A DNA stretch of 64,000 nucleotides from Bacteroidales bacterium. Lineage in GTDB: Bacteria; Bacteroidota; Bacteroidia; Bacteroidales; WCHB1-69. The stretch covers positions 980-64,979 of the forward strand of contig JAEEKX010000045.1 in assembly GCA_016288655.1 (NCBI GenBank). The letters run 5' to 3'. The position numbers and the translations under genes are program-made. Under the pieces are notes generated by a model. The model made no database searches and had not been told where the DNA came from. It saw only the letters and a program-made list of their open reading frames with translations. Positions 27,978 to 37,341 of this stretch are shown one piece after another. Each line of letters starts with the position of its first letter. The stretch's first letter is position 1.

Positions 27978-28976
27978 ATGGCAATATTAACCTTTCAGAA
28001 ACCCGACAAAGTGATCATGGTGCAGTCGGACGACTTCCACGGAGTGTTCGAGTTCCGTCCGTTGCAGCCGGGTTACGGCATGACCGTCGGCAACGCGTTG
28101 CGCCGCGTGCTGCTCTCCTCTTTGGAAGGCTTCGCAATCACCTCCATCAAGATCGAGGGTGTGGCCCAGGAGTTCTCCTCCATCCCCGGCGTCATGGAAG
28201 ATGTGACCGACATCGTGCTCAACCTCAAGAAGATCCGCTTCAAACAGCGTATCGCTGAGAAGACTTCCGAGAAGGCCACCATCGTCATCACCGGCCAGGA
28301 TACCTTTGTCGCCGGCGACATGAACCACTTCCTCAACGTCTTCCAGGTCCTCAACCCCGAGCAGGTCATCTGCACGATGGACAAGTCGGTGCGCATCTCT
28401 ATGGAGATCACCATCGACAAGGGCCGCGGCTACGTCTCCGCCGAGGAGAACAAGCCCCTCCACGAAGGCGTTGGCGTCATCGCCATCGACTCCATCCACA
28501 CGCCCATCCGCAATGTCAAGTACATCATTGACAACTACCGCGTGGAGCAGAAGACCGACTTCGAGAAGTTGATCCTCGAAATCACCACCGACGGCTCCAT
28601 TGAACCGAAGGAGGCCCTGCGCGAGGCGGCCAAGATCCTCATCCAGCACTTCATCCTCTTCACCGATGAGAAGAAGTTCTTGGAGGACATCCCCACCGCT
28701 TCCGGCGTGGAAAGCGAACTCAACGAGGAGGAGCAGAAGGTGCGCCAACTGCTCATGACCAAACTCGTCGATATGGACCTCTCCGTCCGCGCCCTCAACT
28801 GCCTGCAATCCGCACAGCTCGAGACCCTCGCCGACGTGGTGTCCATCCACAAGAGCGACCTGCTCAAATTCCGCAACTTCGGCAAGAAGTCGCTGTCTGA
28901 ACTGGAAGACCTCGTCAAGAGCAAGGGCTTGGAGTTCGGCATGAATGTATCAAAGTATAAATTAGATAAGGAGTAA
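27978..28976 (+). CDS. rpoA: DNA-directed RNA polymerase subunit alpha
   Basis: It has '[20 protein letters not shown]' and the C-terminal domain segment '[20 protein letters not shown]'. Confidence 0.95.
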   Translation: MAILTFQKPDKVIMVQSDDFHGVFEFRPLQPGYGMTVGNALRRVLLSSLEGFAITSIKIEGVAQEFSSIPGVMEDVTDIVLNLKKIRFKQRIAEKTSEKATIVITGQDTFVAGDMNHFLNVFQVLNPEQVICTMDKSVRISMEITIDKGRGYVSAEENKPLHEGVGVIAIDSIHTPIRNVKYIIDNYRVEQKTDFEKLILEITTDGSIEPKEALREAAKILIQHFILFTDEKKFLEDIPTASGVESELNEEEQKVRQLLMTKLVDMDLSVRALNCLQSAQLETLADVVSIHKSDLLKFRNFGKKSLSELEDLVKSKGLEFGMNVSKYKLDKE

Positions 28977-28982
28977 TACACT

Positions 28983-29474
28983 ATGAGACACCAGAAAAGC
29001 ATCAACCATTTAGGAAGGACCGCCGCCCACAGAAAGGCCATGCTGTCCAATATGGCTTGCTCGCTCATCAAGCACAAACGCATTGAGACGACGCTGGCCA
29101 AGGCCAAGGAGCTGCGCAAGTTCGTGGAGCCGCTGGTCACCAAGTCGAAGAACGACACCACTCACTCCCGCCGTGTCGTCTTCTCCAACCTGCACGACAA
29201 ATATGCTGTCACGGAACTGTTCCGCGAAGTGGCCCAGAAGGTGGGCGACCGCCCCGGCGGCTACACCCGCATCCTCAAGACCGGTTTCCGTCAGGGCGAC
29301 AATGCCGAGATGTGCATGATCGAACTCGTTGACTACAACGAGACCTACACCCAGGCAACCGAGAAGAAGGCCAGCAAGACCAGAAGAAGCCGTGGCAAGA
29401 AGGCCGCCGCTCAGGTCGAGGAAGCCGCTCCCGCCGCAACCGCCGAGGAGCCCGCGACCCCCGCTGCTGAATAA
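28983..29474 (+). CDS. rplQ: 50S ribosomal protein L17
   Basis: It begins '[25 protein letters not shown]' and contains 'GGYTRILK'. It has an Ala/Glu-rich tail. Confidence 0.95.
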   Translation: MRHQKSINHLGRTAAHRKAMLSNMACSLIKHKRIETTLAKAKELRKFVEPLVTKSKNDTTHSRRVVFSNLHDKYAVTELFREVAQKVGDRPGGYTRILKTGFRQGDNAEMCMIELVDYNETYTQATEKKASKTRRSRGKKAAAQVEEAAPAATAEEPATPAAE

Positions 29475-29490
29475 TCCTGATTCATCCATA

Positions 29491-29525
29491 AAAAATAGTT
29501 GGCACTCTTGTCAACTATTTTTTTT
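29491..29525 (+). terminator. Rho-independent terminator after rplQ
   Basis: AAAAATAGTTG-loop(10 nt)-CAACTATTTTT forms a hairpin followed by more T residues. Confidence 0.7.
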
Positions 29526-29535
29526 ATCCTTTTGT

Positions 29536-29958
29536 ATGAAAAGAGTCATCGCCCTTTTGTCGCTGCTGTTGCCCCTCCTCGTCGCTGCCCAGACTGACCG
29601 CAAGGTGAGTCCCGACGGCGTGATGCAGTACCAGTACAGCCGCACCTTTGCCCCCAGCACCGAGGACTCCTCGCTGTTGGTGGTCACTTTCGTCTTCGTG
29701 AACGGTGCCAACCCCACGGCGATCTCCCTCCGTCAGGAGGTGCAGGAGAGCGTCTTGCAGTGGAAGGAGATCCCCAACGGCACGCCGGGCCATGAGCCCA
29801 TCGTCGAGTTCGTCACGGCCAATCTCGCGCCATCGCAGACCGTCACGTGGACCTATGCTGTCAGCACCCGCAAGGGCAAACGTCCTGCCGCGCCCGAACA
29901 GGCCGCCCTGCTCATCATGCAGCCCGACTACGGCGTGGAGAAGGTCTGGCTTCGCTGA
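29536..29958 (+). CDS. Small secreted protein of unknown function
   Basis: 140 aa with the signal peptide 'MKRVIALLSLLLPLLVAAQ'. The start is an internal ATG of the track ORF. Confidence 0.55.
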   Translation: MKRVIALLSLLLPLLVAAQTDRKVSPDGVMQYQYSRTFAPSTEDSSLLVVTFVFVNGANPTAISLRQEVQESVLQWKEIPNGTPGHEPIVEFVTANLAPSQTVTWTYAVSTRKGKRPAAPEQAALLIMQPDYGVEKVWLR

Positions 29959-30048
29959 CATCGATACGGTGATTGTGGTGGGAGTTGATTTCGGAAGCAG
30001 GGGAGATGTAGTTTCAAAAGCGGCGGGGTTGCATATTGAAAAAATTTG

Positions 30049-30056
30049 TATCTTTG
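30049..30056 (+). promoter_or_regulatory. Bacteroidota sigma-A -7 box (TAnnTTTG) for the tRNA
   Basis: TATCTTTG lies 22 nt upstream of the tRNA 5' end. Confidence 0.55.
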
Positions 30057-30077
30057 CAGCCGCTTTCCATAGGAAAG

Positions 30078-30151
30078 GGTCCCATAGCTCAGTTGGTTAG
30101 AGCAGCTGACTCATAATCAGCGGGTCCTTGGTTCGAGCCCGAGTGGGACCA
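30078..30151 (+). tRNA. tRNA with CAT anticodon (elongator tRNA-Met; lysidine-modified tRNA-Ile2 is not excluded)
   Basis: I folded the cloverleaf by hand. The acceptor is GGTCCCA/TGGGACC, the D arm GCTC/GAGC, the anticodon stem GCTGA/TCAGC with loop CTCATAA, and the T arm CTTGG-TTCGAGC-CCGAG. There is no encoded CCA. It lacks the three G-C pairs of an initiator anticodon stem. Confidence 0.85.
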
Positions 30152-30162
30152 CTCAGAAAATC

Positions 30163-30197
30163 AAGCACTTGCAAGCCATTTTGTAAGTGCTTTTTTT
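30163..30197 (+). terminator. Rho-independent terminator after the tRNA
   Basis: AAGCACTT (30163-30170) pairs with AAGTGCTT (30185-30192) and is followed by TTTTT. Confidence 0.7.
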
Positions 30198-30214
30198 CCA
30201 TTTTGCTGCCAAAA

Positions 30215-33200
30215 ATGATGGATACATCACGCACCAGACACTCCGCCGCCGCACCGCCAACGCTCCACCGTTGGCTGCTTAGCATCGCCTTGTGCTGTGT
30301 GCTCCTCCCCGCGTTTTCCCAGTTTTACAACGGCTCCCAACTCTCTTTCGGAAAGAACAGGGTCCAATATCAGCAGCAGAATTGGGAGTATTACCGCACG
30401 ACCCAGTTCGATGTCTATTTCTACCCCACGGGCAAGGAGTTGGCGGAATACACCCTCGCCACTGCGCCGCAGGTCATCGATGAGATTGAGAGAATGCTCA
30501 ACTTCACTTCTACCAAGAAGATACAATTCATTGTCTATAATACCCAATCCGATTTCCGGGAGTCGAATTTCGCCTACGACAACGAGGACTTTTATAACCA
30601 AGGCGGTGTCACAAACATTTATGGTACAAAGGTTTATCTCTACTTTGACGGCAACCGGCAGCACTTCGACAAGATGCTGCGAGCCGGTGTGATGTCGCTC
30701 TACGCCTCTTGGATCATCAACGGTACCTCTGTCGGCGCCAACATCTCTTCCGAAAACCTGCTTGACGTGCCCAGTTGGTACTACGCTGGCCTTGCCTCCT
30801 ACTATGGCGAGGAGTGGAGCAGCACCGTCGATGCATACGTCAAGAGCGGCATCCTCACCCAGCACTACGCCGACTTCGACGAGTTGTCGCCCACCGACGC
30901 CACCTACGCCGGACACTCCTTTTGGAAGTTCATCGCTGACCGCTATGGCAGAAGTTCCATCCCGGCGATTCTCTACTCCACACGGTCGTTGCGCAGTCAT
31001 GAACGGGGCTTCTACAATGTCACAGGAGTCCCCTATAAGCAACTTCTAATTGATTGGTACAGATATTATTACATTCTTTATAAAAAGGATTTGAAACGCG
31101 ACAAGCCCGAGGGTGATGGCGAGTTGAAACGTCCGCGTAGTCAGCGTGACTACAGCCAGTTCCGGATTTCGCCCGACGGCAGTTCCTACGCCTACGTCAC
31201 CAACGAGGCCGGCCGGGTCACCATCTGGCTGAAACGCAACGACGAGGAGCGACCGCATCGGGTCTTTCGGCGTTATCACAAGACCGAGGACAATCCCGAC
31301 CTCACCTTCCCGCTGTTGGCTTGGCACCCCAACGGCAAGGTGCTGGGCTTCACCATCGAGGACGCCGGCCGCTGTTATTACTATCCCTACAACATCGAGG
31401 AAGGAAAGTGCGAAAAACGGCAATTGATTGATGTGGAGAAGATTACGGATATCTCCTTTTCCACCGACGGCAAGTTGATTCTTTTCTCCGGCTTCCTGCA
31501 CGGACAGTCCGACATCTTCGTCTATAGTCTGCGCGCCCGCTCGTTCCAAAACCTCACTCAGGACTTCTACGACGACTACGCACCCCGTTTCATCAACGGC
31601 AACAAGCAGATTGTCTTCTCCTCCAACCGCCCCGACAACCGGCTGCACCCGAAGGAGAAGTTCTACGAGTTGACGCCGCAGCAGACTTACGACCTCTTCA
31701 TGTACGACTACGATGCGGAGTCGCAGGAGTTGATGCGACTCACCTACACGCCCGACGCGACGGAGAGCGACGTGCGCCCATTGCCCGATGGCGGCATCAC
31801 CTACCTCAGCGACGCCAACGGCATCCGCAACCGCTATGTGGCGCAGTTCGACAGCACTATCAGTCGTGTTGATACCATCATTCACTACGCCTACTATGCG
31901 CATGGCAACGTCGTTACTGATAACGCTTACAGCATGTTTGAGCAGGACTACTGTCCGGAAACGGGCGAGGTGGGATCCATCATTTTGCGAAAAGGGGTGA
32001 AACGGCTCTATTTGGACAAGTTGAGCGAACAGCCGATGCCTGCGGAGGTGTTTCCGTCGGCCATGCAGGTGCAGCGTATAGCCGACCAGGCCAAGCGCGA
32101 CAGCATCGCGGCGGTCAGAAAGCCCGTGGTCGCGGGCGGCAAGCGGCGGGGCTTCCACCAACTTCACCGTAGCGACATCGGAGGGAACAGCCCTGTGCGC
32201 GAAGCGGCGGCAGCAAGCGACAGTACCGGTTACACCCGCGTCGCCGCCCGCAACTACTACACGCAATTCTCTATCAACAAACTGATTACACAGGCGGACT
32301 TCAGTTTTCTCAACACCTCTTACCAGCAGTTTACCGGCGGCACCTCGCCCATCTACCTCAACACCGGCATCAACGCCTTGGTCATGGTCGGCATCAACGA
32401 CTTGTTCGAGGACTACCGCATCACCGGCGGCTTCCGTCTCTCGTTCGATCTCCAGAGCAACGAGTTCATGTTCAGTTACGAAGACTTGCACCGGCGTCTG
32501 GACCATCAGGTGGTCGTATATCGCCAAAGCATTAAGTCGCTTGTCGGAGACTACTATTATAAGTTGCATTCCAACAGCTTGTTCTACATCATGAAATACC
32601 CGTTCGACAAGTTCAACAGTCTCCGGCTGACGCTCACGGGCAGGTACGAGACCAATACGATGGCGGGATTGAACGACTACTCGCTGAAGGAGAAGGACGA
32701 ACGTCATGGGTGGGCGGGCGTGAAACTGTCGTACGTCTTCGACTCCTCCAAGGAACTCTTCACTAACCTCTGGAAAGGCAGCAAGATCAACGTGTTCGCC
32801 GAGTACCAGCACCGGTTGGACAAAGATAACATGTACCTGTTTGTGGCAGGCATTGACGTGCGCAAGTCGGTGAAGGTCTTCCGCAACATGACCTGGGCGA
32901 CCCGCTTCGCCGCCTCCACCAACTTCGGCACCAGCCGCTTGGTCTATTACATGGGCGGTGTTGACAACTGGATCTTCGCTAAGTTCGACAGCGACATCTG
33001 GGTGGATCAGAGCAAGAACTACGCCTACCAGACGTTGGCGACCAACATGCGCGGTTTCAAGCAGAACATCCGCAACGGCACCTCTTTCGCGTTGATAAGC
33101 ACGGAGTTGCGTATCCCGTTCGTGCAGTTGATCGCGCGGCGCCAGATTTCCAATACTTTTTTTAACTCGATGCAGTTCGTCGTCTTCGGCGACGTGGGCA

Positions 33201-33445
33201 CCGCTTGGACAGGCATTACGCCGTATTCTGAAGACAACTGCCTCTATACCAGATGGGTGCAATCCGGCGACATCACGGCGCAGGTCAAACGGCATGTGGA
33301 ACCCATCATCGGTGGTTTCGGCATCGGCCTGCGTGCCAAACTCTTCGGCTACTTCCTGCGCCTCGACTATGCCTGGGGCGTGGAGGACTACAAGATCAAG
33401 GAAAAGAGAGGCCGACTTCACTTCTCCATCGGTCTTGATTTCTAA
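30215..33445 (+). CDS. Large outer-membrane protein: N-terminal domain + TolB-like PD40 beta-propeller repeats + Omp85/BamA-like C-terminal barrel
   Basis: About 1076 aa, with the signal 'LLSIALCCVLLPAFSQ'. It has PD40-like repeats ('ISPDGSSYAYVTNEAG', 'FSTDGKLILFSG...SDIFVY', 'NKQIVFSSNRPD'). The C-terminus 'GGFGIGLRAKLFGYFLRLDYAWG...FSIGLDF' ends in Phe. The track start at 30128 overlaps the tRNA. Confidence 0.6.
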   Translation: MMDTSRTRHSAAAPPTLHRWLLSIALCCVLLPAFSQFYNGSQLSFGKNRVQYQQQNWEYYRTTQFDVYFYPTGKELAEYTLATAPQVIDEIERMLNFTSTKKIQFIVYNTQSDFRESNFAYDNEDFYNQGGVTNIYGTKVYLYFDGNRQHFDKMLRAGVMSLYASWIINGTSVGANISSENLLDVPSWYYAGLASYYGEEWSSTVDAYVKSGILTQHYADFDELSPTDATYAGHSFWKFIADRYGRSSIPAILYSTRSLRSHERGFYNVTGVPYKQLLIDWYRYYYILYKKDLKRDKPEGDGELKRPRSQRDYSQFRISPDGSSYAYVTNEAGRVTIWLKRNDEERPHRVFRRYHKTEDNPDLTFPLLAWHPNGKVLGFTIEDAGRCYYYPYNIEEGKCEKRQLIDVEKITDISFSTDGKLILFSGFLHGQSDIFVYSLRARSFQNLTQDFYDDYAPRFINGNKQIVFSSNRPDNRLHPKEKFYELTPQQTYDLFMYDYDAESQELMRLTYTPDATESDVRPLPDGGITYLSDANGIRNRYVAQFDSTISRVDTIIHYAYYAHGNVVTDNAYSMFEQDYCPETGEVGSIILRKGVKRLYLDKLSEQPMPAEVFPSAMQVQRIADQAKRDSIAAVRKPVVAGGKRRGFHQLHRSDIGGNSPVREAAAASDSTGYTRVAARNYYTQFSINKLITQADFSFLNTSYQQFTGGTSPIYLNTGINALVMVGINDLFEDYRITGGFRLSFDLQSNEFMFSYEDLHRRLDHQVVVYRQSIKSLVGDYYYKLHSNSLFYIMKYPFDKFNSLRLTLTGRYETNTMAGLNDYSLKEKDERHGWAGVKLSYVFDSSKELFTNLWKGSKINVFAEYQHRLDKDNMYLFVAGIDVRKSVKVFRNMTWATRFAASTNFGTSRLVYYMGGVDNWIFAKFDSDIWVDQSKNYAYQTLATNMRGFKQNIRNGTSFALISTELRIPFVQLIARRQISNTFFNSMQFVVFGDVGTAWTGITPYSEDNCLYTRWVQSGDITAQVKRHVEPIIGGFGIGLRAKLFGYFLRLDYAWGVEDYKIKEKRGRLHFSIGLDF

Positions 33446-33518
33446 AAAATATTTTTCTTAATATGCTGACGAAATCCAACGATTTTGTCGATTTTTCTAT
33501 TCTTGTGGATATTTTTAG

Positions 33519-33526
33519 TATTTTTG
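33519..33526 (+). promoter_or_regulatory. Bacteroidota sigma-A -7 box (TAnnTTTG)
   Basis: TATTTTTG lies 65 nt upstream of the ATG at 33591. Confidence 0.5.
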
Positions 33527-33590
33527 CAAAAGATTAAAAATTCGGAATTTTTTTCGTCAACCTTTTTGGCATTAAGTAGATAGCGATAAA

Positions 33591-34517
33591 ATGAAAACAA
33601 TACAGGGTATGAAGAGCGGTTTTTTGCGCCGGATGGCGTGTGTCCTCATGGCTTGTCTCGCCTTGGTTTCGTGTAATAACAAGAAAGACGATGCTGATGC
33701 GCATGGCGTGTTCTATGCCACTGAAATCATTGTTTCGGCAGAGAGTAGTGGCAAACTGCTGCAGTTTGATGTGGAGGAAGGCGATAGTTACGAAAAGGGA
33801 ACGTTGTTGGGCTTTACCGACACGATGGATTTGGCGTTGCAGATCCAGCAGTTGGAGGTAAAGATCCGCGCCACGTTAGCCAGTCGCCCCGATATTCCTT
33901 CCCAACTCAACACGTTGCAGGCGCAGTTGCAAACCTTGGAGTTGGAACGCAATCGTGTGGCCACCCTCGTCGAAGCCAATGCGGCCACTACCAAGCAGTT
34001 GGATGACGTGAATGCGCAGATCAAGATCGTGAAGAGTCAGGTCGCCGCCACCAAATCCACCCTCAGTACACAGTCGGCGGCCATCCTTGAAAACGTGGAG
34101 GCCATGCGCATCCAGTTGGCGCGTCTGCAAAACGCCCTCGACAAGTGCAAGATCTACGCCCCCATCTCCGGAACGGTGCTCAAGAAGTTCATCGAACCCA
34201 ATGAGTTGGCTTATCCAGGCAAGCCGCTGCTCAAGATCGCCGACATCACCAACATGACCATTAAGGTCTATGTCACCGAAGACCAGCTGTCCAGTATTGA
34301 GGTTGGTCAAAAGACTGATATCCATATTGATACGGAAAACGGAGGCGGTAAGACCATTGAGGGTAAGGTGCTGTGGATTTCCGACAAGGCCGAGTTTACC
34401 CCCAAGATGATTGTCACCAAAAAGGAGCGGGCCAACATGGTCTATGCGGTGAAAATCGGTTTCAAAAACGACGGCAGCGCCAAGATCGGCATGCCCGGCG
34501 ACGTGAATTTCAAGTAG
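33591..34517 (+). CDS. HlyD-family periplasmic adaptor subunit of an ABC-2 efflux system
   Basis: It has a lipoprotein signal ('LALVSC'), a coiled-coil middle and 'IYAPISGTVL'. It precedes two ATPases and two permeases. Confidence 0.8.
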   Translation: MKTIQGMKSGFLRRMACVLMACLALVSCNNKKDDADAHGVFYATEIIVSAESSGKLLQFDVEEGDSYEKGTLLGFTDTMDLALQIQQLEVKIRATLASRPDIPSQLNTLQAQLQTLELERNRVATLVEANAATTKQLDDVNAQIKIVKSQVAATKSTLSTQSAAILENVEAMRIQLARLQNALDKCKIYAPISGTVLKKFIEPNELAYPGKPLLKIADITNMTIKVYVTEDQLSSIEVGQKTDIHIDTENGGGKTIEGKVLWISDKAEFTPKMIVTKKERANMVYAVKIGFKNDGSAKIGMPGDVNFK

Positions 34518-34522
34518 TTGAG

Positions 34523-35437
34523 ATGTCTGTCATCACTGTTTCCCATCTGCACAAGTCCTACGGAAAGGTCCAGGCCTTGCGGGACATCAGTTTCGAGGTG
34601 CGTGACCGCGAGGTCTTCGGCGTCGTCGGCCCCGACGGAGCCGGCAAATCGACGCTGTTCAACATCCTGACCACCTTGCTGTTGCCCGATAGCGGCACCG
34701 CCACCGTATTGGGGCAGGATGTGAGAGAGGGATACCTCGAAATCAGGAAGCACATCGGCTACCTGCCTGGAACATTTTCCCTTTACCCCGATCTGACTGT
34801 GGAAGAAAACCTCGTCTTTTTCGCCACCATGTACCAGAGTTCCATCCAGGAGAATATGTCGTTGATTGAACCTATCTGGTTGCAAATCAGTCCGTTCAAG
34901 AACCGGCCGGCGGGTAAGCTCTCTGGCGGTATGAAGCAGAAACTCGCCCTTTGCTGCGCCCTCATCCACAAGCCGGTGCTGCTCTTCCTCGACGAGCCCA
35001 CGACGGGCGTGGATCCCGTCTCCCGCAAGGAGTTCTGGGAAATCCTCGCCTCCATCAAGCAGCAGGGCATCTCCGTGGTCGTCTCCACCCCATACATGGA
35101 TGAGGCCACGCTTTGCGACCGTATCGCACTGTTGCAAGAGGGGCGATTCATCCAGATGGACACGCCCCAAAACATCGTCCAAGAGTTTAGAGGTCATCTC
35201 GTTACGATGACCACCCGTGACACGTTCCGACTGCTCAAACTCATGCCCGACTGCCCCATCGACTGCACTTTCTATCCGTACGGCGAGAACTTTCATGTCA
35301 TTTTCTATGATGATCTCGCCCAAATTCTTCCTGTTTTCAAGTCCTTTTTGCAAAAAAATGGCATCATCTATAATTCTCTGATTGAAATTCAACCTACCAT
35401 AGAAGACTGTTTCATTGAAATTGTGAAAGGTCGTTGA
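34523..35437 (+). CDS. ABC transporter ATP-binding protein (first of two)
   Basis: It has the Walker A 'GPDGAGKST', the signature 'LSGGMKQKL' and the Walker B 'LLFLDEPTTGVD'. Confidence 0.9.
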   Translation: MSVITVSHLHKSYGKVQALRDISFEVRDREVFGVVGPDGAGKSTLFNILTTLLLPDSGTATVLGQDVREGYLEIRKHIGYLPGTFSLYPDLTVEENLVFFATMYQSSIQENMSLIEPIWLQISPFKNRPAGKLSGGMKQKLALCCALIHKPVLLFLDEPTTGVDPVSRKEFWEILASIKQQGISVVVSTPYMDEATLCDRIALLQEGRFIQMDTPQNIVQEFRGHLVTMTTRDTFRLLKLMPDCPIDCTFYPYGENFHVIFYDDLAQILPVFKSFLQKNGIIYNSLIEIQPTIEDCFIEIVKGR

Positions 35438-35467
35438 TCTTTTTATAATAAACTAAAACACAGAACG

Positions 35468-36226
35468 TTGAGACTTCCATTTCGTCCACCTACCGCACTT
35501 GACACACCCTACTCCATCGAGGTGAAGGGACTGACCAAGCGTTTTGGCGACTTCACAGCGGTCGATCACATCGAGTTTGCCGTGGAGAAAGGGGAGATTT
35601 TCGGCTTTTTGGGAGCCAACGGCGCAGGCAAAACGACGGCCATCCGTATGTTGTGCGGACTGCTGACGCCCACGGAGGGCACGGCCATGGTGGCGGGTTT
35701 CGACCTGAACACACAGTCGAAATGGATCAAGCGCAACATCGGCTACATGAGCCAGAAGTTTTCGTTGTACGATGACCTGACGGTGTTTGAAAACATGCAA
35801 CTTTTCGGCACGATATACGGCATTCCTCGCAAGGAGTTGAAAGATCGTATCTACGATAGTCTCAAGATGTTGCGGCTGGAATCACAGGCCAAGACCTTGG
35901 TCTATTCGATTCCGTTGGGGTGGAAGCAGAAGTTGTCGTTTGCCACGGCCATGCTGCACCGTCCGCAGATTGTGTTCCTCGATGAGCCCACCAGCGGCGT
36001 CGATCCGATTGTGCGACGGGAGTTCTGGAATCTCATCTACGAGACGGCTTCTGATGGTGTAACAATTTTTGTTACAACACATTACATGGATGAAGCCGAG
36101 TACTGTGGCCGGATCTCCATCATGTCGGGCGGACAACTCAAACTCATCGGTACGCCGGCCGAGTTGAAGAAGCGCATGCAGGTGGATTCCATCGAGAAGG
36201 TGTTCGTGAAATTCGTTCAAAGATAG
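35468..36226 (+). CDS. ABC transporter ATP-binding protein (second of two)
   Basis: It has 'GANGAGKTT' and 'IVFLDEPTSGVD'. The start codon is uncertain because there is no early in-frame ATG; the track uses the TTG at 35468. Confidence 0.8.
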   Translation: MRLPFRPPTALDTPYSIEVKGLTKRFGDFTAVDHIEFAVEKGEIFGFLGANGAGKTTAIRMLCGLLTPTEGTAMVAGFDLNTQSKWIKRNIGYMSQKFSLYDDLTVFENMQLFGTIYGIPRKELKDRIYDSLKMLRLESQAKTLVYSIPLGWKQKLSFATAMLHRPQIVFLDEPTSGVDPIVRREFWNLIYETASDGVTIFVTTHYMDEAEYCGRISIMSGGQLKLIGTPAELKKRMQVDSIEKVFVKFVQR

Positions 36227-36234
36227 GAGGGAAG

Positions 36235-37338
36235 ATGAAGGAATTGCGTCAGATTTTGAAAAAGGAGTTCACCCACATCTTCCGCGATCGCATCACGCTT
36301 TTTCTGGTGCTGGCGATCCCCATCATGTTGGTGCTGCTCTTCGGCTTCACCATCAGCACGGACATCCACCATGCCACCATCTCCGTCCTCGACCTCTCCA
36401 AGGACACCCAATCGAAGGCGTTGGTGGAGAAGATCACGGCTTCGGGTTATTTCGAGGTGGCCTCTTATCCCAAGTCGGAGTCGGACATCGACCATGATTT
36501 CAAGGAGAAAAACGTAAAGTTGGCCATTATCATCCCGCAAAATTTCGAGAACCAACTGACTGCGGAAAAATTCGTTACCATACAGATTATCAGTGATGTA
36601 TCAGACTTGAACGTCGCCTCCATCCTCAACAATTACGTTTCGGCCATCTTGTACGATTTCACCGAGGAGTATAATGCCGCCGAGGGCTCGCGCAACAGCA
36701 TCGGGCTTTCGACGCAGATGATGTACAACCCGGAGGCCAACAGTGTCTATATGTTCGTGCCAGGCATTATCACGCTGATAATGATTATTGTAACGGCGTT
36801 GATGTCCTCCATCACGCTTTCGCGCGAGGTGGAAACGGGCACCATGCGGATGCTGCTCATCGCCCCGGTGAAAAAGATCTACGTCGTCATCGGCAAGGTC
36901 ATTCCCTACATGATTTTGTCGTTCATTTCCACCATTATCATCATCGTTATCAGTGTGTTCGTCTTCAAGATGCCCATTGAGGGAAGCGTTTGGCTGTTGC
37001 TGCTGCTCTGCATCGTCTTCATGCTCACGTCGGCCTCTTTCGGCATGGCCATCTCCGCCCTCGTGAAGACGCAACTTGACGCCATGATGGTCACCATGAT
37101 GGGACTTTTCCTGCCCACAGCCCTACTGTCGGGGTTCCTGTTTCCCATCGACAACATGCCCTATTTTTTCCAAATCCTGGCCAACATCTTTCCCGGAAAA
37201 TGGTTCATTATTGCCATTAAAGACGTGATGCTCAAGGGGTCGGGATTTTTCGATATCTGGCTGTATCTGGTCATTCTGTTCGGCATGGCGGTTGTGCTGA
37301 TGCTGGTGAGTTTAACCCATATTGATCGAAGGAGGTAA
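36235..37338 (+). CDS. ABC-2 type transporter permease
   Basis: 367 aa, with one N-terminal transmembrane helix, a long loop and then a cluster of five transmembrane helices, as in the YbhS/YbhR type. Confidence 0.8.
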   Translation: MKELRQILKKEFTHIFRDRITLFLVLAIPIMLVLLFGFTISTDIHHATISVLDLSKDTQSKALVEKITASGYFEVASYPKSESDIDHDFKEKNVKLAIIIPQNFENQLTAEKFVTIQIISDVSDLNVASILNNYVSAILYDFTEEYNAAEGSRNSIGLSTQMMYNPEANSVYMFVPGIITLIMIIVTALMSSITLSREVETGTMRMLLIAPVKKIYVVIGKVIPYMILSFISTIIIIVISVFVFKMPIEGSVWLLLLLCIVFMLTSASFGMAISALVKTQLDAMMVTMMGLFLPTALLSGFLFPIDNMPYFFQILANIFPGKWFIIAIKDVMLKGSGFFDIWLYLVILFGMAVVLMLVSLTHIDRRR

Positions 37339-37341
37339 CGG

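Noticed and set aside
30078-30151. I considered tRNA-Met as a possible island integration site.
   Set aside because: There is no repeat of the tRNA 3' end downstream, no integrase, and the flanking genes have host-like composition. The tRNA has its own promoter and terminator and looks like an ordinary stand-alone gene.
30128-30214. The track start of the 1105-aa ORF overlaps the tRNA and its terminator.
   Set aside because: A coding start inside a tRNA gene and across a terminator hairpin is implausible. The ATG at 30215 is followed by a normal signal peptide.
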